In this document: piece after piece, positions 46,517-53,787 of the stretch
How the letters are laid out: every line of letters begins with the position of its first letter
Numbering within the stretch: position 1 is the first letter of the stretch
NCBI GenBank assembly: GCA_045046875.1
Contig: JASFYY010000134.1
Coordinates: 1 to 53,787 of the forward strand
Direction of reading: 5' to 3'
DNA length: 53,787 bases
Source of the DNA: Verrucomicrobiota bacterium
Lineage (GTDB): Bacteria > Verrucomicrobiota > Verrucomicrobiia > Verrucomicrobiales > DEV007
The notes under the pieces: model-generated
The model's input: only the letters and a program-made list of their open reading frames with translations
What the model was told of the DNA's origin: nothing
The model's database searches: none
Made by a program: the position numbers and the translations under genes

Positions 46517-48130
46517 ATGAAATTGACGATCGACAATCAGGAAATCGAGCTGGACGAAGCGACCACGATTTTTCATGCTGCCAAAGAACTTGGCATTGAG
46601 ATTCCGATCATGTGTTATCGGGAGGGCTACGACTATTTCACTTCCTGCATGATGTGCACGGTGAAGGATCAGGCGACGGGGCGCACGCATCCGGCTTGTT
46701 CTGCGCTGTGTGCCGATGGCATGGAGATCGATACTCAGTGTGATGAGATTATGGCACATCACAAATCGACGCTTGAGCTGTTGCTCAGTGAACATGTAGG
46801 TGACTGTGAAGCGCCGTGTCAGCGCTTGTGTTCGATTCACTCCGAGATCCCCAAGATGATTCGCGAGATCAAGGATGATCAATTTGAGGATGCGATTGCC
46901 ACGGTGCGCGAGGACATGGCGATCCCGTCGATTCTGGAACGATTTTGCACCGCGCCTTGTGAAAAAGGTTGCCGTCGGGCGCAGTATGATGACGGGGTTT
47001 CGATCCGTCACATGACGCGCTTTATTTCCGACTGGGATCTGAAACGCGAGACGCCTTATGTGCCGCCGATGCGGGAGAGTTCGGGAAAGAAGATTGCCAT
47101 CATTGGCTCCGGGGCTACGGGCCTAGCGAGTTCGTATTACCTGGCTCGTGAAGGTCACGCTTGTGTGATTTTTGAAAAAGAAGAGCAAATCGGAGGGCGT
47201 CTGCGTTCGGAGGAGGATTATGATCAGAGCCTGATGCAGGACTGGATCATCGAGGGTGAAGTGAAGGTGCTCAAGATGATGGGAATTGAGTTTAAAACAG
47301 CGACTTTAGGTGATGGGCTTTCGTTGCAAAGTTTACAGCAGGATTACGATGCGGTGGTATTGACTTGTGGGCAAATCGGCAATGAAGCGCTCGAAGCCTT
47401 GGGGATCCCATTTGATGAGAAAAAGGGGATTAAGGTCAATCGCAAAACGGCGATGACTGAGATTGATGGGGTGTTTGCCGCCGGGAGTATCACCAAAGCT
47501 AAGATGCCGATTTTGAAAGCGGTGCAGTCGGCGAAGGATGTGGCAGCCTGTGCAAGTCAGCATGCCAATGGTGATCAGATTGACGGCATTGTGGAGATGT
47601 ACAATCACATGATGGGCCGTTTGCAGGAAGGGGAGATTGATATTTTTGTTACCGGAGCCAATCCGATTCCACGGGTCACTCCGGATAATATTGAAGTGGA
47701 TGGTTATAATAAAGCGGATGTACAACTGGAAGGGGAGCGCTGCATGCATTGTGACTGCCGTGCTTCGCATGATTGTTCACTGAGAATTTACAGTGACAAA
47801 TACGGTGCCAAACAATCGATGTTCAAGGGGGAGCAGCGGGCGAAATACGAACATGTTAACCAGAATGCCGGGGCGGTTTATGAGTCGGGTAAGTGTATCA
47901 AATGTAGCCTTTGTGTGCAGATCACCAAAGAGGAGGACGAGACCTACGGCTTCACTTTTGTCGGACGCGGTTTTGATGTGAAAGCCGGGGTGTCGTTGGA
48001 TAAAACTTTGTGGGAAGGGCTGGAGCACGTGGCGGACAAAGTAGTGGAAGCTTGTCCGACGGGTGCGTTGTCAACCAACGAGAAGTATCAACCCGATCAG
48101 GGGAAGATTGTCGGAGCGGATCATGCTTGA
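46517..48130 (+). CDS. NuoG/HydA N-terminal Fe-S protein with inserted truncated GltD/Nfn-type flavin domain (BfuA-like, no catalytic metallo-domain)
   Basis: IPIMC..SCMMC..PAC (2Fe-2S), EHVGDCEAPC, RFCTAPCEKGCRR, IIGSGATG, GVFAAGS, CMHCDC..DC, CIKCSLC, CPTGAL. ATG 46517. Confidence 0.85.
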   Translation: MKLTIDNQEIELDEATTIFHAAKELGIEIPIMCYREGYDYFTSCMMCTVKDQATGRTHPACSALCADGMEIDTQCDEIMAHHKSTLELLLSEHVGDCEAPCQRLCSIHSEIPKMIREIKDDQFEDAIATVREDMAIPSILERFCTAPCEKGCRRAQYDDGVSIRHMTRFISDWDLKRETPYVPPMRESSGKKIAIIGSGATGLASSYYLAREGHACVIFEKEEQIGGRLRSEEDYDQSLMQDWIIEGEVKVLKMMGIEFKTATLGDGLSLQSLQQDYDAVVLTCGQIGNEALEALGIPFDEKKGIKVNRKTAMTEIDGVFAAGSITKAKMPILKAVQSAKDVAACASQHANGDQIDGIVEMYNHMMGRLQEGEIDIFVTGANPIPRVTPDNIEVDGYNKADVQLEGERCMHCDCRASHDCSLRIYSDKYGAKQSMFKGEQRAKYEHVNQNAGAVYESGKCIKCSLCVQITKEEDETYGFTFVGRGFDVKAGVSLDKTLWEGLEHVADKVVEACPTGALSTNEKYQPDQGKIVGADHA

Positions 48131-48321
48131 GGAGGGAAGATTGGGAACCACTGATTTACACTGATGGAGAGGGGTTGAGTAATCCTGGGCATGCTTTATA
48201 AAGGTCTATGAATAGGGCAATTGAGCCTTTTTGTTCTATCTGCGAGAATTTGCGTCATTTGTTTTTGAATAATGATTCCCGGCTGTCTCCCCCAAAATAA
48301 TCTGAGTGAGGCGGTTAACTT

Positions 48322-49866
48322 TTACTCGATTTTGTAGGGTCCCAGAGCGGGGGCGGTGAGGTACCAGTTTTTGGGGCGAGTGGCGAGTTTTTTGGCGAAG
48401 GATTTTTTTAATTCCTGTTCCCAGAAGTCGGTGGTTTTTTTGGATTCTGGGATGCGTCCCTGGTCGTCGATGCGATCCATCCAGGCGTTCAGTTCTTTGC
48501 TGAGGCGGGCTTTGATTTCGCTGTGGTCGGGGGAGAGCGCCAGGTTGTGTATTTCATAAGGGTCTTGCTTGAGATCGTAGAGTTCTTCTTTGGGGCGATG
48601 GGGCGCCAGCAGGGCGGCGGGTGGGCCGGTCAGTTTGCCTTGGCTGTGGAGTTCTCTCATCAGGGCAATGATGGGATACTGGAATTCTTTGTAACGGTTG
48701 AGTTCCAGAAAGGGGCGATCAGGGTATTGGTTACGCAGGTAGCGGTAACGCTGATCACGCACGGTGCGGATCATTAGCACGGTTTCGTCACCGCGATCAC
48801 GACCTCCGTAGGTGTAGCGTCGGGGGGCTTCGTTTTGCTCTCCGAGAAAAACGCGACCTTGCATTTTGGCCGGTTTTTTCACTCCGGCCAAAGCCAGGGT
48901 GGTGGCGGAGAGGTCGATGGATTCGATCAATTGATCACTGACGCTACCGCGCTGGTAGTTGGTGGGCACGGGCAAGTCGGGGTTGCCTTCGGGCCAGTGA
49001 ATGATGAGCGGGATGCTGAGGCCGGAGTCATAGACCCACTGCTTGCCGCGTGGCATGGCGCGTCCATGATCGCCTAGGAATACGATGACGGTGTTTTTAT
49101 CGAGGCCGTCGCGTTTGAGCAAATCACGGATGAAAGCGACTTTTTTATCCACCGCCATGATGGCGTTCAGATATTGGGCCCAGACCGCCCGGGAGACTGG
49201 ATGGTCGGGGTAGTAGGGAGGCAACTTGACTTTGGATGGATCAGCCAGGTGATCGGGGGTGATTTCGTTGTGGGCATTTTCCCAGGCATGGCCGCGGTGG
49301 GTTTCTGAAAAATTGATCTGGGCGTAGAAGGGTTGTTGGTTTTTCAGGTCATCCCATTTGGCGGTATCGAAAGGTTTGAGTTTGGCATCGACCGGGCTTT
49401 TATAAGTGAAATTCCAATCGGTTTTGCCGGTGCCTTTGTTGAATTTTTTCAGCTCTTTGTCTTTGGTGAGTTGTCTGAGATTGGCGGTGGTGTATCCGGC
49501 GGGACGTAACCAGTCGGTGATCACTCGCACCCCGTCAGGCAGAGGGAAATTATCTTTACGGTGAGAGCGGTGGTTCTGGGCGCCGATGGACATCGCATAC
49601 ATTCCGGTCATGAAAGAGGACCGACTGGTCGAGCAAACCCCGGTGACCGTGAAGGCACGTGTGTAGCGCACCCCGGAGGCGGCGAGTTGATCTAGCGCGG
49701 GGGTTTTGACTTCGGGCGTGCCGTAACAGCCGAGTTCCGGGCCCATGTCTTCGGCGATGATCCAGAGGATGTTAGGTTGGGCGTTTTGAGCGGAGGCTAG
49801 CGGAGTGAGCAGGACAAAAAGCAGCAAGGAAGCTGATAGGGTGAGTTTGATATGAAGCGTGCGCAT
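48322..49866 (-). CDS. Sulfatase (S1 family, sulfamidase-like)
   Basis: Signal peptide; PNILWIIAEDM, CSTSRSSFMTG, GDHG, EELYDLKQDPYE. Confidence 0.92.
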   Translation of the reverse strand: MRTLHIKLTLSASLLLFVLLTPLASAQNAQPNILWIIAEDMGPELGCYGTPEVKTPALDQLAASGVRYTRAFTVTGVCSTSRSSFMTGMYAMSIGAQNHRSHRKDNFPLPDGVRVITDWLRPAGYTTANLRQLTKDKELKKFNKGTGKTDWNFTYKSPVDAKLKPFDTAKWDDLKNQQPFYAQINFSETHRGHAWENAHNEITPDHLADPSKVKLPPYYPDHPVSRAVWAQYLNAIMAVDKKVAFIRDLLKRDGLDKNTVIVFLGDHGRAMPRGKQWVYDSGLSIPLIIHWPEGNPDLPVPTNYQRGSVSDQLIESIDLSATTLALAGVKKPAKMQGRVFLGEQNEAPRRYTYGGRDRGDETVLMIRTVRDQRYRYLRNQYPDRPFLELNRYKEFQYPIIALMRELHSQGKLTGPPAALLAPHRPKEELYDLKQDPYEIHNLALSPDHSEIKARLSKELNAWMDRIDDQGRIPESKKTTDFWEQELKKSFAKKLATRPKNWYLTAPALGPYKIE

Positions 49867-50010
49867 GGAGGTAGATTCGAGGATGAAAGGGGAGCGGTCA
49901 ATGGCGCGATGACGGGGGGATGGGAATGATGAATTATGAACAAGGAATTATGAGTGAAGAAGTGATGAGGGAGTGAAGAGCAAAAAATGAAAAATGAGGC
50001 GGCGGTTTTT

Positions 50011-51063
50011 TTAGAATTTTCGGGCGGCTTCGAAGACGGCTATCACTACTTGGGACATTTTTTTGTAATCAAGGGTTTCAGGGGTGTCGGTTTTTTTGTG
50101 GTAGTGGGGATTGCGGTAGAATGAGGTGTCGGTGATCATGACTGCGGGGTATCCGTAAGTCCAGTAATTGCGATGATCGGAGAAGTCGATGCCGGGCAAG
50201 CCGCGTGGGGCGTTGATGGATTCCACAGGTAAGGGGGTGACGCCGCTCATGGCTTTTTTCATCGCCAGGGTTTGTTTGCGGTAGTCGAAGGTGGAGGCGA
50301 TGGCGATGAAATTACCGACCGAGGGGTAGTAGAGTTGTAGGGCTTTGTTGGGGTAGCGCTGGCTTTTGGGTTGGTCGGTGAAGTAGCCGATCATTTCCAG
50401 GCAGATCATCAGTTTCACTTCGACCTTGGCTTTTTTCAAGGCACGGGCGTGGAAGGCTGAGCCCATTTTACTGGTGGCAAAAAAGGGTGGTTCTTCCAGT
50501 GGATAGGAAACGAGTTCGATCATGGTGCTTGGCGGGTGGGCGGCGAACAGTTTGGCCAGCTCGATCAATCCGGCTACGCCGGAGGCGTTGTCATCGGCTC
50601 CGGGTAGATTGCCATAGGAGTCGTAGTGAGCACCGATGACGATGCGGGGTCCTTTATCCGGACCAAAAAAAGCGGAGACGTTGCGGAACTTGGCGTTGGG
50701 GTCGACAGTGGTGGATGTGGAGAAGTGTTGTTCTTTCGTTCGGGCTCCAGTTTTTTTGAATTGTTCGAGAACGTAGTTTGCGGTTTGCTGAAGGTTTTTG
50801 TTTTCGTAAGGGGTGCGGGGGAAAAACTCCGTGCTCAGTTTTTGAACGTGGGCTTCAAGGTCTGCGGGTTTGACCTTAATGGTCGAGGGTGGGCTTTGCC
50901 CGTTGGAGGGTTGGGCAACCATGAAGAAACCAATGATCAAGGGCATCAGGACGAGGATGAAAAGCAGGGTGAAAAAACTGAACAGGCGTTTTTTGAGAGG
51001 AACGGGTTGGCGGCCAAAGAATAAGGAGGCTGCGCCAGTGCGGTTTTTAGTGGGGACGGGCAT
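50011..51063 (-). CDS. M28 family metallopeptidase (YfbL-like), membrane-anchored
   Basis: N-terminal TM; GAHYDS, GADDNASG, EEPP, LEMIG, SDH, YH zinc-site motifs. Confidence 0.9.
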   Translation of the reverse strand: MPVPTKNRTGAASLFFGRQPVPLKKRLFSFFTLLFILVLMPLIIGFFMVAQPSNGQSPPSTIKVKPADLEAHVQKLSTEFFPRTPYENKNLQQTANYVLEQFKKTGARTKEQHFSTSTTVDPNAKFRNVSAFFGPDKGPRIVIGAHYDSYGNLPGADDNASGVAGLIELAKLFAAHPPSTMIELVSYPLEEPPFFATSKMGSAFHARALKKAKVEVKLMICLEMIGYFTDQPKSQRYPNKALQLYYPSVGNFIAIASTFDYRKQTLAMKKAMSGVTPLPVESINAPRGLPGIDFSDHRNYWTYGYPAVMITDTSFYRNPHYHKKTDTPETLDYKKMSQVVIAVFEAARKF

Positions 51064-51248
51064 GGTTAGTGATTAGAATGGTAGTCGCAAGAAGAGCAAG
51101 GCATGGAATGATTTTCATCACTGAAAGGGTAACTATTAGAGTTTTGTTTTCAAGTTGATATCAGTGGTTGTAACTTTCTTGCCTTATCGTTTTTTTTCAT
51201 TCCTTGCTTGAGCTTTTGCTGTGGATTGTGCATTTAGAGGACGCAGAT

Positions 51249-52853
51249 ATGACAGAGGCAGCACAAGAGGCATTCAGCCAGACTAATTTCGGGATGTTGG
51301 ATTGGGGAATCGTTGGGGTTTACCTGATGATTTCTGTGGCGATTGGTTTGTATGTGAAGCGCTATGTATCAGATATGGCGACCTACATCGGCGCAGGGCG
51401 CAAAGTAGGCACTTGGCTGGGGGTGGCAACGATGACCGGCACGGAGTTGGGATTGATCACGGTGATGTATATGGCGCAGAAAGGCTTCAGTGCGGGTTTT
51501 GCTGCTTTTCACATGGCCTTGATTGCCGGGGTGGCGACTCTGTTTGTCGGATTGACGGGCTTCATCGTGGTGCCTTTACGAAAGTTGGAGGTGTTGACGA
51601 TTCCGGAGTTTTATGAAAAACGCTTCAGCAGGGGGATTCGGGTATTGGGTGGGGTGATGTTGGCTTTTGCCGGGATTCTGAATATGGGTTTGTTTTTGAA
51701 AGTGGGATCGATGTTCATCGTGGGTATTACCGGCATGTCGAGCGAGGGCGAAGCGCTTAAGATTGTTATGGTGGTGCTGCTGCTATTGGTGCTGATTTAC
51801 ACCACGATGGGAGGAATGATCTCGGTTATTCTGACCGATTATATTCAGTTTGTGGTATTGGCTTTTGGTTTGTTGGTGGCCACGGGCATTGCGATCATGT
51901 CATTGGGCTGGGATCATATTTTTGTGACGATTGGTGAGCAAATGGGCGAGGGCGGGTTTAATCCGGCAGCGGAGGATTCGGCTTTCGGCTGGGAGTATAT
52001 TTTGTGGATGACGGTGACCGCCGGGTTGGTGGGCAGTGCGGTTTGGCCAACGGCAGTGGCGCGGGCGCTGGCGATGGAAAGCACCCAGGCTCTCAAACGG
52101 CAGTATATGTGGTCGTCGGTTTCGTTCACGGTGCGGTTCATGCTGCCGATGTTCTGGGGCATTTGTGCTTATGTTTATGTGATGACCAGTCCGGATGGGG
52201 AGGATTTAAAAAGTTTGTTTTTTCCTCCAGAGGGGAGCGGGATCGAGCCGGTGGACAATCTTTACGCCTTGCCGGTTTTTATGGGGCGTTTGCTGCCTCC
52301 GGTGATGGTGGGTTTGATTGCGGCGGCGATGATTGCGGCTTTTATGTCCACTCACGACAGTTATTTTCTCTGTTGGAGTTCGGTGATCACCCAGGATATT
52401 ATTGCACCTTTGCGGGGAGGGAATTTATCGACCAAAGCCCGGGTCAAACTCACCCGGATCGTGATTGTTTTGATTGGCGGTTATGTGTTGTATTGGGGCA
52501 TGTTTTATAAAGGGGGAGAGGATATATGGGATTATATGGCAGTGAGCGGGGGGATATTTTTCACCGGTGCTTTTGTGGTGTTGGTGCTGGGAATTTATTG
52601 GAAGGGGGCGAGCACTTTCGGTGCGCTGTTAGGTTTGCTCTCAGGTTTTTTGATGCTGTTGGGACTGGCTCCGGTGCAACAAGCGGTGGGTTTGAGGTAT
52701 GTGAACGCTGCAGGTGAGACGATCGAGCGGCTGTCGAGTGCGCAGTTGGGGTTGATAGTGATCGCGATTGCCTTTGTGACGATGATCGCAGGTTCGCTGA
52801 TAATTCCAGATCGAGCGGCTGCGGCAGATGTGAATGAAAGGAGTAAAAACTAA
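51249..52853 (+). CDS. Sodium:solute symporter (SSS) family transporter
   Basis: Many TM helices; LDWGIV, YIGAGR, TIPEFYEKRF, GGMISVILTD, AAFMSTHDS. RBS GAGGA before ATG 51249. Confidence 0.92.
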   Translation: MTEAAQEAFSQTNFGMLDWGIVGVYLMISVAIGLYVKRYVSDMATYIGAGRKVGTWLGVATMTGTELGLITVMYMAQKGFSAGFAAFHMALIAGVATLFVGLTGFIVVPLRKLEVLTIPEFYEKRFSRGIRVLGGVMLAFAGILNMGLFLKVGSMFIVGITGMSSEGEALKIVMVVLLLLVLIYTTMGGMISVILTDYIQFVVLAFGLLVATGIAIMSLGWDHIFVTIGEQMGEGGFNPAAEDSAFGWEYILWMTVTAGLVGSAVWPTAVARALAMESTQALKRQYMWSSVSFTVRFMLPMFWGICAYVYVMTSPDGEDLKSLFFPPEGSGIEPVDNLYALPVFMGRLLPPVMVGLIAAAMIAAFMSTHDSYFLCWSSVITQDIIAPLRGGNLSTKARVKLTRIVIVLIGGYVLYWGMFYKGGEDIWDYMAVSGGIFFTGAFVVLVLGIYWKGASTFGALLGLLSGFLMLLGLAPVQQAVGLRYVNAAGETIERLSSAQLGLIVIAIAFVTMIAGSLIIPDRAAAADVNERSKN

Positions 52854-53011
52854 TGACTTGGATCTTATTATGGAAGACGCTTTTTGTGGTGGTGATGATC
52901 GTCTTTGCCTTGATGTCGGTATTGGTGACGGTGTTTGGTGCCAAGGATATTAAGAAATTGCTAAAGGCTTTGAGTGAAGAAAGTGAGGATTCTGGTGGGG
53001 ATGAGGAGTGA
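52853..53011 (+). CDS. Small single-TM protein (52 aa), probable SSS accessory subunit; not in the supplied ORF track
   Basis: TAATG stop/start overlap with the SSS gene, RBS AAGGAG; MTWILLWKTLFVVVMIVFALMSVLVTVFGAKDIKKLLKALSEESEDSGGDEE*. Confidence 0.8.
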   Translation: MTWILLWKTLFVVVMIVFALMSVLVTVFGAKDIKKLLKALSEESEDSGGDEE

Positions 53012-53053
53012 GTTTGGGGGCGGACTTTTACACCCCGAAGGGGTAATCCTATG

Positions 53054-53529
53054 TCAGTCGGGGATATCATCCCTTGGTTCGTTGTTTTGACTTTTTTTCA
53101 GAAAGATCCAAGCCATACTGCCGTCTTTCCATATTCTGGGAGTTTCATGGATAGCAGCCCAAGACGCTTTTGGAAGGTGAAGTAGACGGTAGGGACTCAA
53201 GGCGTTAACAAATTCGACTTTGGCTTCTTCACGGTGAGGGTAAAAGTCTTCCTCAATGTTGCCGAAAGTATAAGGCTTGAAGCTTCTAGGCAAAAGGCAT
53301 AGCATGATGTGTCATCGTAGCAGTAGTAGGGAATCAAGGTGGAAAAATCGGGTGGCAATTGATTGTTGTGATCCAATGAGTAAGCCAAAGATGCGAGGCT
53401 TATGTGATTGAGATTGTTGATGGAATGCAATTTCAGGGATTGGTCACGGGATTTGATAATGGGAGCTATGAGTGAGGTCAGTACAGTCAGCCCTATAAAG
53501 ATTAGGACTATTTTCTTCCAATGTTTCAT
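53054..53529 (-). pseudogene. Frameshifted pseudopilin-like (DUF1559-type) gene, or sequencing error
   Basis: ORF 53197-53529 has a TM helix then SINNLNHISLASLAYSLDHNNQLP. Overlapping ORF 53054-53305 in another frame has IWKDGS, resembling the PVC pilin C-terminal DG motif. Confidence 0.5.
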
Positions 53530-53659
53530 TAGCTGCTAATTTTTATCGTTTTTGAGGTTTACTGGTCGAGATTATTTTTTGGTATGGGCGTTGATCGGGT
53601 GCAGAACAAAAAAGTTAGCAATTGGTTATTGAAAGTTACATTATCACATCTCAACATCA

Positions 53660-53742
53660 TGTCGCCCTTATAGGGCTAGCAATAAAAACGATTTAACCCC
53701 AGCGCTTCGCGCCGGGCTATCACATTTTGTCCTTTCAGGACA
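53660..53742. repeat. Intergenic palindromic repeat element with three short hairpins
   Basis: GCCCTTATAGGGC, CCCAGCGCTTCGCGCCGGG and GTCCTTTCAGGAC in series. Confidence 0.4.
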
Positions 53743-53787
53743 GTTTGCTTTCATCTCTTTTGCACCAACAGTGCTCAATGATATAGC

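Noticed and set aside
44056..48130. [FeFe]-hydrogenase, formate dehydrogenase, complex I or glutamate synthase
   Set aside because: No H-cluster motifs, no molybdopterin domain, no nuo membrane or quinone-module genes, no gltB; the GltD-like part is truncated.
48140..48300. Small ORF or ncRNA between the convergent redox and sulfatase genes
   Set aside because: Only degenerate short-repeat remnants; no RBS-supported ORF or clear fold.
49915..50000. Purine-rich GAATGATGAATTATGAA-type stretch as ncRNA
   Set aside because: Degenerate low-complexity short repeats with no convincing structure.

Overview
Bacterial chromosomal window whose gene content (DUF1549/DUF1553 cytochrome proteins paired with DUF1501, a PVC-type CxxCH dehydrogenase, sulfatases, pilin-like genes) points to the PVC superphylum, probably Verrucomicrobiota (inference). 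In order it holds: a GT4 glycosyltransferase; a two-partner secretion pair (a ~2770-aa repetitive TpsA and TpsB); a heme dehydrogenase-like protein; a sulfatase; a macro-domain gene; two PSD1/DUF1501 pairs; OmpH; a cytochrome c peroxidase; a pilin-like gene; a CBM9-like protein; a prenyltransferase-repeat protein; an ~11-kb redox locus; a second sulfatase; an M28 peptidase; an SSS transporter with a small unlisted partner ORF; and a frameshifted pseudopilin-like gene. The best candidate for an undescribed system is the redox locus (37055-48130). It has a HydC+HydB/NuoE+NuoF fusion with electron-bifurcation signatures and a HydA/NuoG-like partner with no H-cluster or molybdopterin domain. That partner carries a GltD/Nfn-type flavin insert that has lost its NAD(P)H-binding domain. 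The locus also encodes NapG/NapH-like Fe-S proteins, two membrane-anchored beta-propellers and two divergent Tat-like Cys-motif proteins. Also notable: the TpsB signal peptide has no in-frame start codon but could be reached by a -1 slip at A_AAT_TTA, and several GTGG/GTAG REP-type elements occur, including a 98-bp-period array. No tRNA, rRNA, CRISPR array or transposase was recognised. All domain calls were made by eye from motifs; no searches were run.
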